Of a DNA stretch of 64,000 bases, positions 8,632 through 18,577 are shown in pieces. The DNA comes from Deferribacterales bacterium (GTDB taxonomy: Bacteria > Chrysiogenota > Deferribacteres > Deferribacterales > Geovibrionaceae). The DNA is taken from NCBI GenBank assembly GCA_050251875.1, contig JBFWMA010000002.1:342606-406605 (forward strand), read 5' to 3'. The position numbers were made by a program, and so were the translations under genes. Positions within the stretch are counted from its first letter, which is position 1; every line of letters begins with the position of its first letter. The notes below the pieces were generated by a model. That model saw nothing but the letters and a program-made list of their open reading frames with translations. It was not told the origin of the DNA and searched no databases.

Positions 8632-9067
8632 GTTAGGTTTAGATGATACACTCACATTTTTAATCAATCGCGCATCCACACTCGCCAGACAGGAGTTCGA
8701 AGGCAGACTGAGAAAGTTTGACCTGACCCCTGCTCAATGGGCTGTACTTATTCGTTTGTCCGAACAGGACGGACTGAACATGACCGAGCTCGGACATCTG
8801 CTCTATTTTGACAAACCCACCACTACAGGCGTTGTCAACAGACTGGTGAAAAAGAAATATGTGAAAAAGGTAAAAAACCGTAAAGACCGCAGGGTCACAC
8901 ATGTCTTTATCACCGATGCCGGAAAAGAAGCTCTCACACCTGTCGAGCCTATTGTCAAATTCTATCAGGAGAACTTTTTAAAAGATATCTCCCCCGATAG
9001 CTATGAGACAGCCAAAGAAGTGCTGAAAACGATGATTAAAAATATAAAATCTGTGGAAAATATCTGA
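8630..9067 (+). CDS. MarR-family transcriptional regulator
   Basis: LTPAQWAVL, winged HTH and DRR...ITDAG motifs; 145 aa. Confidence 0.93.
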   Translation: MLGLDDTLTFLINRASTLARQEFEGRLRKFDLTPAQWAVLIRLSEQDGLNMTELGHLLYFDKPTTTGVVNRLVKKKYVKKVKNRKDRRVTHVFITDAGKEALTPVEPIVKFYQENFLKDISPDSYETAKEVLKTMIKNIKSVENI

Positions 9068-9136
9068 TAAAACTCACCCTGCCCCAGCGGGCGGATGGTC
9101 TTTTATCATAATGTCTTTATAGGGGTCTGTATTTGT

Positions 9137-10207
9137 TTACAGACCTTCTCTCTTCATGAGCTGTCTCACCTCTTCGGGATAAACCGCTCTGTTCACCGCT
9201 TCTTCTTTTGTTATGAGTCCTTTTTTATAGAGTTCCAGCAGAGCCTGGCTCATGGTCTGCATTCCGCTTTCTCCCTGCCCTGACTGCATGGACGAATATA
9301 CCTGATGGAGTTTATCTTCTCTGATAAGGTTTCTGATGGCGGATGTCGGCACCAGAACCTCGCAAGCCATCACCCTGCCTTTTCCGTCCGCCTTCTGCAC
9401 GAGCTGCTGAGAGATAATTCCCTCCAGCACAAAAGAGAGCTGAGCCCTGATCTGTGACTGGGCGTGGGGAGGAAACACGTCTATGATCCTGTTGATGGTC
9501 TGCACGGCGCTGTTTGTGTGCAGTGTGCCCATGCACAGGTGCCCTGTCTCGGCTATTGTCATAGCCGCCTCTATGGTCTCTATATCACGCATCTCGCCTA
9601 TCAGACAAACATCAGGGTCCTGACGCAGGAGATATTTCAGAGCGTTTTTAAATGACTTTGTGTCGGAGTTAAGCTCACGCTGATTCACTGTCGCTTTTTT
9701 GTGAGGATGCACGAACTCTATGGGGTCTTCGATAGTAACGATGTGAACGGGCTGTTCCTCGTTAATCTTGTCTATCATTGCCGCCAGAGTGCTTGATTTA
9801 CCGCTTCCGGTGGGTCCTGTCACCAGAACAAGTCCTCTGGGGCGGTCGCACATCTCTGCCACCACCGGAGGCAGACTGAGCTGGTCGAATGTGCGTATTT
9901 TATAAGGAATCACACGAAAGGCGGCTGCAACAGCGCCTCTCTGCATGAAAAAATTAGCTCTGAATCTGCTGATATTTTTTACGCCGAAAGAGAGGTCGAG
10001 TTCCCATTCCTCTTCAAAACGTTTTTTCTGTGATTCGTTTAAGATGCTGTAACAGATGGTCTTTGTGTCTGCGGGGGTCAGGGGTTCATCGCCGATCTTT
10101 TCCAGATCGCCGTTCACTCGGAAAACAGGAGGTGAGCCGGCTGTTATGTGCAGGTCGCTCGCATCCATCTCTACCATTTTCTGAAGCAGTTCCTGTAAGC
10201 TGTACAT
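9137..10207 (-). CDS. pilT: Type IV pilus retraction ATPase PilT
   Basis: ASDLHI, GPTGSGKS, TIEDPIE, RQDPD, GEMRD, TLHT and AIRNLIRE motifs. Confidence 0.96.
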   Translation of the reverse strand: MYSLQELLQKMVEMDASDLHITAGSPPVFRVNGDLEKIGDEPLTPADTKTICYSILNESQKKRFEEEWELDLSFGVKNISRFRANFFMQRGAVAAAFRVIPYKIRTFDQLSLPPVVAEMCDRPRGLVLVTGPTGSGKSSTLAAMIDKINEEQPVHIVTIEDPIEFVHPHKKATVNQRELNSDTKSFKNALKYLLRQDPDVCLIGEMRDIETIEAAMTIAETGHLCMGTLHTNSAVQTINRIIDVFPPHAQSQIRAQLSFVLEGIISQQLVQKADGKGRVMACEVLVPTSAIRNLIREDKLHQVYSSMQSGQGESGMQTMSQALLELYKKGLITKEEAVNRAVYPEEVRQLMKREGL

Positions 10208-10234
10208 AATTATACCCCCTTCGCAAATGGCGTC

Positions 10235-11041
10235 TTAAAGACCAAGTTCGCCCGCTATGTCCTCTACAGAAAAAACAGGATAAACACCTGTCCAAATTTC
10301 AAAAGCTCTGGCAGCCTGATAAACCAGCATGGAAAAACCGTCCAGCTTGACGCATCCGCTGTGCGCCATGTTTTTCAGAAAAGGAGTCTGACCTTTTTTA
10401 TACTGAAGGTCTATCGCCGCCTTCTCACAGCCGATGTTCGACATATCCGTAAATCTGCCGTCCTCCAGCCCTATGCTGGTTCCGTTGATTACGAAGTCAA
10501 AACTCTTCTCAGCTGTTAAGAAATTATAATCCTCAATATCTGCGTTGTCAAATTTCATTGATTTGATAATGTCTTCCGCTTTTGACACGGTTCTGTTCAC
10601 CACGGTCAGACGGACGTTTTTGCTCTTAAGGGCATACAGAACGGCTTTGGACGCACCGCCGCACCCCAGAAGGAGCACGTTGGAATTTTCCAGCTCGCAT
10701 CCGCCGTCACTGAGCATGTTTATGAATCCGTAAACGTCTGTGTTGAAGCCCTTAAGACCGTCTTTGAACAGCACAGTGTTCACAGCGCCGACACCTTCCG
10801 CCGCGCTGTCCACGCTGTCCACCAGATCAAAGACCTCCTGTTTATGCGGCACGGTGACGTTAACGCCTGTGAATGAGTATCTTTTTAATATATCGAAAGT
10901 ATCTTTCAGAGCCGATCCGCCCTCCGTTTCAAAACAGCAGTAACCGCCGTTTATCCCCGCGCTTTTCAGAAAGCGGGTCTGGATGAACGGAGAAAAAGAG
11001 TGTTTAAGCGGATTGCCTATCAGCCCCAGATTAGTGAACAT
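10235..11041 (-). CDS. aroE: Shikimate dehydrogenase
   Basis: HSFSP, NVTVPHK, GAVNTV, NTD, GCGGA and MLVYQA motifs. Confidence 0.94.
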   Translation of the reverse strand: MFTNLGLIGNPLKHSFSPFIQTRFLKSAGINGGYCCFETEGGSALKDTFDILKRYSFTGVNVTVPHKQEVFDLVDSVDSAAEGVGAVNTVLFKDGLKGFNTDVYGFINMLSDGGCELENSNVLLLGCGGASKAVLYALKSKNVRLTVVNRTVSKAEDIIKSMKFDNADIEDYNFLTAEKSFDFVINGTSIGLEDGRFTDMSNIGCEKAAIDLQYKKGQTPFLKNMAHSGCVKLDGFSMLVYQAARAFEIWTGVYPVFSVEDIAGELGL

Positions 11042-11685
11042 TATTTTTCCTCGATACTGCCTGTGTAGTTCGGCTCAACAAGCCCAGCGGAAATGATGAA
11101 TTTTATACCGTGATCCACAGATATTCCCGGGTCTATGATATCTTTTTTCGGCACGACAAGCACAAATCCGGACGTTGGGTTCGGTGTGGTGGGGATAAAG
11201 ATATTCACGCATATCTCGCCTGTGGCTCTGTTCAGAAACTCCGAAGTGTCTTTTGTCATAAACCCCATGCTGTACATGCCTTTTCTGGGATATTCTATCA
11301 TCACCACCTTTTTAAAACTGCCTCCGCCGGCTGTCTGGAACGCGTCCACAACCTGACGAATGGAAGAATAGATGCTTCTGATAAAAGGGATTCTCTCTGC
11401 CAGATCCTCTATGAGCTTCAGTAGTTTTTTGCCGAAATAGTTTTTGGCGATAACACCGATGATTATCAGAAAAACAATAACCAGCATGAATGAGATTATT
11501 TTTTCCATATAGAGCGGCATGGTGATTTCCATGCGCCTGTTAATCATTTCAAGATACGGCAGAAAGAAGCCTGAAAACTTCTCGAATATAAAGAGAATGA
11601 ACCAGAAGGTCACAAAAAGAGGCAGCGTGGACAATATTCCGGCGATAAAAGATCGTTGCAGAAAAACTCTGAATCTTTTGATCAT
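11041..11685 (-). CDS. DUF502 family membrane protein
   Basis: Two TM helices, EYPRKG and PTTPNPTSGF motifs. Confidence 0.9.
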   Translation of the reverse strand: MIKRFRVFLQRSFIAGILSTLPLFVTFWFILFIFEKFSGFFLPYLEMINRRMEITMPLYMEKIISFMLVIVFLIIIGVIAKNYFGKKLLKLIEDLAERIPFIRSIYSSIRQVVDAFQTAGGGSFKKVVMIEYPRKGMYSMGFMTKDTSEFLNRATGEICVNIFIPTTPNPTSGFVLVVPKKDIIDPGISVDHGIKFIISAGLVEPNYTGSIEEK

Positions 11686-11702
11686 CTAAAACTCCTTGGT
11701 AG

Positions 11703-12611
11703 TTAAGAATGTTTAAACAATTGTCTTTCCAGCAGTCTGTCGTATCCGCTCCAGCCCTGCTCTACTCCCTCACGCTCAAAAATAGAGTAAAATGTATTCA
11801 GTTTGGCGTCCATGTCGTCCAGATGGTGCAGAACGAACGCCTCGGGTGTTTTGGGTTTTTTCGGAGAGCCGTATTCCAGCAGTCCGTGATGGCTGACAAT
11901 CAGGTGAGACATCAGATATTTAAGCTCTTCCGGAAAACCGTCTATCTTGGCGATGTATCCGTTCAGCATCTCCACACCCAGAAGCAGGTGCCCCATCAGC
12001 TTTCCGCTGTCGGTGTATTCCAGCCCTGTTCCCGCCTGCATCTCTTTCACCTTGCCGATATCGTGGAAAAGAGCGCCGATTATCAGATGTTCGGTATTTA
12101 TCATGTCTTTATAATAGCCGCCGACCAGAACAGACAGCCTGATTATGCTGAGCGTGTGTTCCAGAAGACCGCCAACATATGCGTGGTGAACGGATTTTGC
12201 CGCCGGCATCTTTTTAAAGCTGTCCAGAGTGTCTTTATCCGCCAGAAACTGTTCCACCAGAGCGGACAGGTGGGCGTCTGTAATCTTTTCTATCAGAATG
12301 AGCTCCAGCTCCTGCATCAGAGCTTCGCAGTCTATGCCCCTTTTCGGCAGGAAATCCGCCGGATCGGCGTCTGTCACACGGGTCATGGAGGCTATTTTCA
12401 GCTGATCCTGACCGCCGAACTGCTGTATCATGCCGGTGGCGTCCACTATGTCGCCGTTCTGCGGGTCGAACTCCAGCTTATTGCTCTCGAACATTATCCC
12501 GTTGCGCCTGTTGCCCTCTTTGTCGCACATAATGGCTCTCAGATAGGGCTTTCCGTCCTTCGTAACAGATTTTATAATGTCTGTGAGCATATATCTGTAA
12601 GGTATTTCCAT
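11703..12611 (-). CDS. yhaM: OB-fold + HD-domain 3'-5' exoribonuclease, YhaM/Cbf1 family
   Basis: PAAKSVHHAYVGGLLEH, FHDIGK, SHHG and DDMDAK motifs. Confidence 0.88.
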   Translation of the reverse strand: MEIPYRYMLTDIIKSVTKDGKPYLRAIMCDKEGNRRNGIMFESNKLEFDPQNGDIVDATGMIQQFGGQDQLKIASMTRVTDADPADFLPKRGIDCEALMQELELILIEKITDAHLSALVEQFLADKDTLDSFKKMPAAKSVHHAYVGGLLEHTLSIIRLSVLVGGYYKDMINTEHLIIGALFHDIGKVKEMQAGTGLEYTDSGKLMGHLLLGVEMLNGYIAKIDGFPEELKYLMSHLIVSHHGLLEYGSPKKPKTPEAFVLHHLDDMDAKLNTFYSIFEREGVEQGWSGYDRLLERQLFKHS

Positions 12612-13985
12612 TTACATTCCTCCGACTGTGATGCTGGGTATTCTCAGTGTGGGCTGAGCATCGCTTACGGGCACTCCCTGCCCCTCTTTTCCGCATGTGC
12701 CCATGCCGAACCCCAGATCTGTCCCGACCATGTCTATCTCAGACATTATCTGCGGTCCGTTGCCTATCAGTGTGGCGTTTCTGACAGGTTCGCCTATTTT
12801 TCCGTTTTCTATAAGACAGCCTTCCGTCACCTCGAAAACGAAATCGCCGGTGACAGTGTTCACCTGTCCGCCGCCCATGAGCTTCACATATAATCCGTTC
12901 CGTGTGGAGGATATTATCTCCTCCGGGGATGAAGCCCCGGGACGGATGTATGTGTTCGACATACGCACTATGGGTCTGTGGCGAAAGCTCTGCCTGCGCC
13001 CGTTTCCTGTGGAAGCTGTATTCTCTTTATATCCATAGAGCCTGTCGAACATATAGTTTTTCAGGACTCCGTTTTCTATCAGTATGTTTTCTTTCGCCAA
13101 AGTTCCTTCATCGTCATAAATGAAGTTGCCCCGGCGTGTTTTCAGCGTGGGGTCATCCACCACTGTTATCAGATCGGAAGCCACTCTCTGCCCCAGCCTG
13201 TCGGCATAAACACTCATGCCGTTGCATGCCAGATCAGCCTCCAGCCCGTGTCCGACTGCCTCGTGAACCATAGTTCCCCCGGCGTCAGAAGCCAGAACAA
13301 CAGGCATGGTGCCTGCCGGAGCGTTTTTAGCCGTCAGGTTTCTGACAGCCAGCTCTCCTGATTCCCTCGCCGCCGATATACAGTCCATCCCGGCGGATTC
13401 TTCCAGCCCGAATACCCCGCCAACGGGGATATAGGCGCTTTGAACGGTATTACCGTCCGATGCCGCCGCTATGGTATATGCAGTCACATAATTCAGCTTC
13501 TGAGATACATCCAGCCCCAGAGAATTGATTATTCTGGTGTGTCTGTGGGACTCAAGATATGAGCTTGTCGCCTGTATGATGCGTTTGTCGCATCTGGCGG
13601 CCTTGTCCATTTCGGCAACAATCCTGATCTTTTCCTCTGTCTGCCTGTCAGAGCGGGTTATGTAGGAACTCAGGCTGACAGGACGCTCAAAACGCACTTC
13701 AGAGGTGTCTTTCACCTTCAGAGATGATATCAGGGCGGCGTATGTCTCCCTCAGAGATTTTTCAGACATATCGCAAGTATAGGCAAAATATGTCCTGTCG
13801 CCGTCTATCAGCCGGATGGATAATCCGCTCTCACTGCCGTTTTCCAGCCTGTCCAGAACAGAGTTTTCATAAACCGCTGATAATTTTTTGGTATCTTCCA
13901 TAAAAACTTCGGAATACTGCCCGAAACGGCTCAGCCCTGTTACTATGTCATACAGAAGAGCGTCAGATATTTTACCATTCATCAA
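12612..13985 (-). CDS. tldD: TldD family metalloprotease
   Basis: HEAVGHGLEAD, STGNGRR, RMSNT and GTCGKEGQ motifs. Confidence 0.93.
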   Translation of the reverse strand: MMNGKISDALLYDIVTGLSRFGQYSEVFMEDTKKLSAVYENSVLDRLENGSESGLSIRLIDGDRTYFAYTCDMSEKSLRETYAALISSLKVKDTSEVRFERPVSLSSYITRSDRQTEEKIRIVAEMDKAARCDKRIIQATSSYLESHRHTRIINSLGLDVSQKLNYVTAYTIAAASDGNTVQSAYIPVGGVFGLEESAGMDCISAARESGELAVRNLTAKNAPAGTMPVVLASDAGGTMVHEAVGHGLEADLACNGMSVYADRLGQRVASDLITVVDDPTLKTRRGNFIYDDEGTLAKENILIENGVLKNYMFDRLYGYKENTASTGNGRRQSFRHRPIVRMSNTYIRPGASSPEEIISSTRNGLYVKLMGGGQVNTVTGDFVFEVTEGCLIENGKIGEPVRNATLIGNGPQIMSEIDMVGTDLGFGMGTCGKEGQGVPVSDAQPTLRIPSITVGGM

Positions 13986-14220
13986 TCTTTTCGCTCACTT
14001 CCGTGTCAATGTTTCTGATATCCATGCCGTCTTTGATCAGTTCGTTCAAAACATCCAGAACGATCAGATATTTATCATCTGTGGAATATATTATGACGGA
14101 TCCGGTCTTAGCGTCCACTGTGCGCACCAGACCGATGCCTTCATAGGAATCTATGATGCTGTTTAGAATAAGAACGTCTTTCTTCTGTATGGTGCATTTG
14201 ACCCTGACGGTATTAGGCAT
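13972..14220 (-). CDS. DUF4911-like small protein
   Basis: IIDSYEGIGLVRTVD motif; coupled to neighbours. Confidence 0.75.
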   Translation of the reverse strand: MPNTVRVKCTIQKKDVLILNSIIDSYEGIGLVRTVDAKTGSVIIYSTDDKYLIVLDVLNELIKDGMDIRNIDTEVSEKIDEW

Positions 14221-14620
14221 TGCCGAACTCCAGAAGCTCTATTCTGCATCCTTTCACCTTGTCGAAGAGAGGCGACATGTCGAACCTTTCGGAGTTTTCC
14301 ATATATATCGTGGAGATGTTGAGCTGAGATAATTTTTTGATAAATTTATCAGTGTGTTCGAAGATATAGCTAAAGTCGAACAGAAAGAACCCGCCATCGA
14401 ACAGCAGAGAGTCTTTCTTTATCAGAATACCCTCTTCCATAGCGAATTTCAGCCCGTCCGCTTTCAGCTTTTCTATCTCTGCCGTCAGAGCTCCGTAGCT
14501 GAACAGATCGAGTTTGGCGCTTAAGCCCCTGCATTTCAGATTTACCATGTCATAGTCCACAAAGACCGGAAAAACATCCAGAGACTTAAACCCGATCTTT
14601 GTAACGTGGGGTGTGCTCAA
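14213..14620 (-). CDS. Hypothetical protein
   Basis: 135-aa ORF (TTG start) exactly filling the gap between nusB and the DUF4911-like gene; no motif recognised. Confidence 0.7.
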   Translation of the reverse strand: MSTPHVTKIGFKSLDVFPVFVDYDMVNLKCRGLSAKLDLFSYGALTAEIEKLKADGLKFAMEEGILIKKDSLLFDGGFFLFDFSYIFEHTDKFIKKLSQLNISTIYMENSERFDMSPLFDKVKGCRIELLEFGNA

Positions 14621-14621
14621 C

Positions 14622-15053
14622 CTATTCCTCCGAAAGATTATATTTCTTTCTGATATTTTCCAGAATACCGTTCACCAGCGATGCCGATTTTTCATCGGAA
14701 TATTTTCTGGCGAGAGTAACAAAATCGTTAACCACGGCATAGAAAGGGGCGTGTCCTTTGAAAAGCTCATAAACCGCTGTTCTCAGGATGCTTTTATCCA
14801 CTTCACCCATGCGTTCATAGTTCCAGTCGTCTCTGATGAAAGTTTTTATGATATCATCGTTTTCGCCAACGCTCTGGCATGCGCCCAGAAAAAGGTCGCA
14901 GGCGAATTCTCTGATCTCTTCATTCTCTTCTTCGCAGGATTTCCAGTAGCTGTCTGAAATATCCTTAGGCTGTTCATCGTTAACGGAATATCTGTACATC
15001 ATCTCAAAGGCGTAACGTCTGCCTTTGGTGCGCTCTTTATACTGTTTTTTCAT
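14622..15053 (-). CDS. nusB: Transcription antitermination factor NusB
   Basis: Arg-rich N-terminus, [12 protein letters not shown] and VNGILE motifs; follows ribH. Confidence 0.92.
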   Translation of the reverse strand: MKKQYKERTKGRRYAFEMMYRYSVNDEQPKDISDSYWKSCEEENEEIREFACDLFLGACQSVGENDDIIKTFIRDDWNYERMGEVDKSILRTAVYELFKGHAPFYAVVNDFVTLARKYSDEKSASLVNGILENIRKKYNLSEE

Positions 15054-15520
15054 TTAACCAACTTCAGCACATTAACCATTTCCAATGCGCTCATGGCGGC
15101 TTCTGCGCCTTTATTTCCGTGTTTTGTTCCCGCTCTTTCCACTGCCTGCTCGATAGTGTCTGTAGTCAGCACGCCGAATATTACGGGGATGCCTGAATCC
15201 AGAGATACCTTTGCCACGCCTTTTGATACTTCGGCGGATACATAGTCGAAGTGAGGAGTGGATCCTCTGATAACGGCGCCCAGAGTTATTACGGCGTCAT
15301 ATTTTCCTGTGTCGGCGAGTTTTTTAGCCATCAGAGGAATTTCGAAAGCTCCGGGGACTTTGTATACATCCACGTCTGACTGCTTAGTCTCGTGGCGCAC
15401 CAGAGCGTCCACAGCGCCGCCTATAAGGCTGTTGGATATGAAATCGTTGAATCTGGCGGCAACAACGGCAAATTTAAGCCCTTTTCCGCTATATATACCC
15501 TGTTTAGTTTCGTACTGCAT
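15050..15520 (-). CDS. ribH: 6,7-dimethyl-8-ribityllumazine synthase
   Basis: [23 protein letters not shown] and NKGAEAA motifs. Confidence 0.97.
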   Translation of the reverse strand: MQYETKQGIYSGKGLKFAVVAARFNDFISNSLIGGAVDALVRHETKQSDVDVYKVPGAFEIPLMAKKLADTGKYDAVITLGAVIRGSTPHFDYVSAEVSKGVAKVSLDSGIPVIFGVLTTDTIEQAVERAGTKHGNKGAEAAMSALEMVNVLKLVK

Positions 15521-15532
15521 AGTCCGCTCCTT

Positions 15533-16756
15533 TTATAGATCCAGATGGTGACCCATCTTGTCCTTTTTGGTTTTCATGTAGTGTTCGTTGTTGGGGTTCA
15601 CTTCACATGTGTATCCCACACGCTCGGCTATCTCCAGACCATATCCGGAGAGACAGCGCATTTTTTTCGGGTTGTTAGTGATGAGCCTCAGCCCCTTGAT
15701 GCCCATGTGTCTGATGATCTGAGCGCCGAAGCCGTAGTCTCTCATATCTTCCTCAAATCCGAGCTCGATGTTCGCCTGTATGGTGTCCATCCCTTCGTCC
15801 TGAAGGTGATAGGCGTTTATTTTGTTAAGAATGCCGATGCCTCTGCCTTCCTGAAACAGATACAGAACCATTCCGCGTCCCTCTTCTTCCACCATCTCCA
15901 TAGCCTTGTGAAGCTGGGCTCTGCAATCGCATCTTTCAGAGCCGAAGACGTCTCCGGTGAGACACTGAGAGTGCACACGGAGCAGCACAGGGTCGCTGGT
16001 GCTGAGATCACCTTTCCAGATTACCACGGCTTCCTGTCCGTCCACAACACTCTTGAATCCGGTGATGTTGAAATCGCCGAACTGAGTGGGCAGATGGGCT
16101 GTGGTGGTCTCCTGTATGAGCTGTTCATGATCCATGCGGTATTTTATCATATCCGCTATGGTGAGTATTTTCAGGTTATGTTCTTTGGCGAACTCCACCA
16201 GCTGGGGCATTCTCGCCATTGTGCCGTCATCGTTCATTATTTCGCAGATAACAGCGCCGTGGTTGGTGAGCCCTGCCATTCTGGCGAGGTCTACTGAGCC
16301 TTCGGTCTGACCTGCTCTGACGAGCACGCCGCCCTCTCTGGCTCTAAGGGGGAATATATGCCCGGGTCTGGCGAGATCAGCGCCTGTCTTGGAGGGGTCG
16401 TTAGCCACCCTCACTGTCTGGGCTCTGTCGTGGGCGGATATACCAGTGGTAACGCCCTCTTTCGCCTCTATGGACACGGTGAAGGCCGTGCCGAATCTTG
16501 CTGAGTTTCTGTCTTCCTGAACCATCAGGTTGAGCCCCAGCTCATCGCATCTTTTTGAAGGCATGGCGAGACATATGAGTCCTCTGCCGTATTTAGCCAT
16601 AAAGTTGATTTTGTCCGGTGTCACAAAGTCGGCGGCAAAGACGAGATCTCCCTCGTTCTCTCTGTCCTCATCGTCAACCAGAATTACCATCCGCCCGTTT
16701 CTGATATCTTCCAGAGCCTCTTCCACGGTGCAGACATTAGATGATTTCTTAGTCAT
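15533..16756 (-). CDS. ribBA: Bifunctional DHBP synthase / GTP cyclohydrolase II
   Basis: DDEDRENEGD, RPGHIFPL, RVHSQCLTGD, RCDC and QEGRGIG motifs; start at 16756 after AAGGAG. Confidence 0.96.
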   Translation of the reverse strand: MTKKSSNVCTVEEALEDIRNGRMVILVDDEDRENEGDLVFAADFVTPDKINFMAKYGRGLICLAMPSKRCDELGLNLMVQEDRNSARFGTAFTVSIEAKEGVTTGISAHDRAQTVRVANDPSKTGADLARPGHIFPLRAREGGVLVRAGQTEGSVDLARMAGLTNHGAVICEIMNDDGTMARMPQLVEFAKEHNLKILTIADMIKYRMDHEQLIQETTTAHLPTQFGDFNITGFKSVVDGQEAVVIWKGDLSTSDPVLLRVHSQCLTGDVFGSERCDCRAQLHKAMEMVEEEGRGMVLYLFQEGRGIGILNKINAYHLQDEGMDTIQANIELGFEEDMRDYGFGAQIIRHMGIKGLRLITNNPKKMRCLSGYGLEIAERVGYTCEVNPNNEHYMKTKKDKMGHHLDL

Positions 16757-16770
16757 TTTATCTCCTTGAA

Positions 16771-17406
16771 TCATTGGAGCAGATCGTTAAGATTTTCCAT
16801 AAACTTATCAGTCTTTTCAGAAGTTTTCAATAACTTCTCCAGATAGCGTGCCATCATATCCGCCTCCAGGTTCACCTTCGCCCCGTGTCTTTTTCCGTTC
16901 AGCGCCGTATTTTCATATGTATGAGGTATTACGGCTACTTCAAAGGTGAGTCCGGATGTCTTCGCCACGGTGAGACTGATTCCGTCCACACAGACAGAGC
17001 CTTTATCGGCTATGTACCTGTCCATGTCCTGCGGATATCGCACTGTGAGGATATAGGCTCCGCTCCTCTTATCCAGTTTTTCGATAGTGCCCACGCCGTC
17101 CACATGTCCGGAGACCAGATGCCCGCCCAGACGGGTGCTGAGGGTCAGCGCCCTTTCCAGATTGACAGCGGTTCCTGCGGAAGCATCGGCAAACGTGCTT
17201 TTCTTCAGTGTTTCGTATGATATGTCGGCGGAAAATACTCCTGACGACATGGCGGTAACAGTGAGACATGTGCCGTTCACAGCGATGGAATCGCCTATCT
17301 GAGTGGATTCAAGCACCTTTGAGCACTTGATCTTCAGCACGGCGAACTCGCCCTTTCGCTCTATGGCGGCTATTGTTCCTGTCTCTTCCACTATTCCGGT
17401 GAACAT
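16771..17406 (-). CDS. ribE: Riboflavin synthase (alpha type)
   Basis: MFTGIVEE, GDSIAVNGTCLT and GGHLVSGHVD motifs. Confidence 0.96.
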   Translation of the reverse strand: MFTGIVEETGTIAAIERKGEFAVLKIKCSKVLESTQIGDSIAVNGTCLTVTAMSSGVFSADISYETLKKSTFADASAGTAVNLERALTLSTRLGGHLVSGHVDGVGTIEKLDKRSGAYILTVRYPQDMDRYIADKGSVCVDGISLTVAKTSGLTFEVAVIPHTYENTALNGKRHGAKVNLEADMMARYLEKLLKTSEKTDKFMENLNDLLQ

Positions 17407-17407
17407 A

Positions 17408-18577
17408 TCATCCCTTGTGCGCTGAGCATCCGCACGCGCAGCATCCTCTTATTCTTTCTGTCAGCTCCAGCACAGGCGTTTTATAGTCGGAGACATTCGC
17501 TGTGTACAGCAGGTCTCCCTCGAACTGTCTGGTCTGCACTCCTGTTAATTTATGCGATTTCGCTATGGATTCAACCCCGTTTCCGGCGACAGATGTTCTG
17601 CATCCGCCGATTATCATCGGAGCTATGAAGAAATTGACCTTGTCCACCAGTCCGGCATCAAAGAAAGAGCCGATGGTATCTCCGCCGCCCTCCACCATGA
17701 TGTTCATGATGTTCATCTCGGCGAGTTTCAGCGAGAGAGCTTTCAGATCGAGTCTTTTATCTGCATAATCCACAACTATAACTTTAGCGCCCATATCTTT
17801 CATGATATTGGCTTTATCGTTATCTTTAGATGTGACATATATAAGTTTTTCTGCTGAGTTTTTTATCAGCTTTCTGTCGGTAGTCATGCGCCCGTTCGGG
17901 TCGAGAACTATCTTAAAAGGATCGGTATTTGCCCTGATGTGTCGGATGTTCAGCTCAGGGTCGTCCGCCTGGACAGTGCCCACACCCACCAGCACAGCGT
18001 CAGAAACAGCCCTCAGATAGTGCGAATAGGCACGGGATGACTGAGAGGTTATCCATTTCGAATCGCCCGTTACAGAGGCGATCTTGCCGTCCAGCGACTG
18101 AGCCGCCTTAACGTTAAAATATGGCATTTTTGTATAGATATATTTGGTAAAATCTTCGATGATGGAGGCGCAGAGCTCTTCCATGTAGCCTATATAGACC
18201 TCTACCCCGTGCTTTTTCAAATATTCAACACCTTTTCCGGCATTGACTGGGTTCGGATCCACAACACCTATGAAAACTCTCCTGATGCCTGATTTGACTA
18301 TTTTTTCCACGCATGGCGGAGTTTTTCCGTGATGGGAGCAAGGCTCCAGCGTAACATACAGATCGGCGCCGTCCACCGGCTCCGGGCTGTTGTCTATGGC
18401 GTTTACCTCTGCGTGCGCCTGTCCATAGGCTTCGTGCCACCCACGGGATATGATCCTGTTTTCTCTGGCGACTATGGCACCCACGCACGGGTTGGTCTTA
18501 GTGTATCCTTTTCCTATGAGGGCGAGCTGGACACATTCCTGCATCACCTCTAAAGGGTTAAGAAGTCCTTTTTCCAA
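17408..18577 (-). CDS. ribD: Bifunctional deaminase/reductase RibD with Cys-rich C-terminal tail
   Basis: HAE and LEPCSHHGKTPPC Zn motifs, SLDGKIA, VEGGG; probable TTG start at 18577 after a GGAG/GAGG tract. Confidence 0.94.
   Translation of the reverse strand: MEKGLLNPLEVMQECVQLALIGKGYTKTNPCVGAIVARENRIISRGWHEAYGQAHAEVNAIDNSPEPVDGADLYVTLEPCSHHGKTPPCVEKIVKSGIRRVFIGVVDPNPVNAGKGVEYLKKHGVEVYIGYMEELCASIIEDFTKYIYTKMPYFNVKAAQSLDGKIASVTGDSKWITSQSSRAYSHYLRAVSDAVLVGVGTVQADDPELNIRHIRANTDPFKIVLDPNGRMTTDRKLIKNSAEKLIYVTSKDNDKANIMKDMGAKVIVVDYADKRLDLKALSLKLAEMNIMNIMVEGGGDTIGSFFDAGLVDKVNFFIAPMIIGGCRTSVAGNGVESIAKSHKLTGVQTRQFEGDLLYTANVSDYKTPVLELTERIRGCCACGCSAHKG

Noticed and set aside
9076..9104. Hairpin after the MarR gene as a terminator
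   Set aside because: Stem is imperfect and the U tract is short; plausible but too weak to list as a feature.
11709..12893. 394-aa plus-strand ORF
   Set aside because: Antisense to motif-supported yhaM and tldD, with no recognisable motifs. The same applies to the many other antisense ORFs in the track, e.g. 15545-16297 and 28634-29524.
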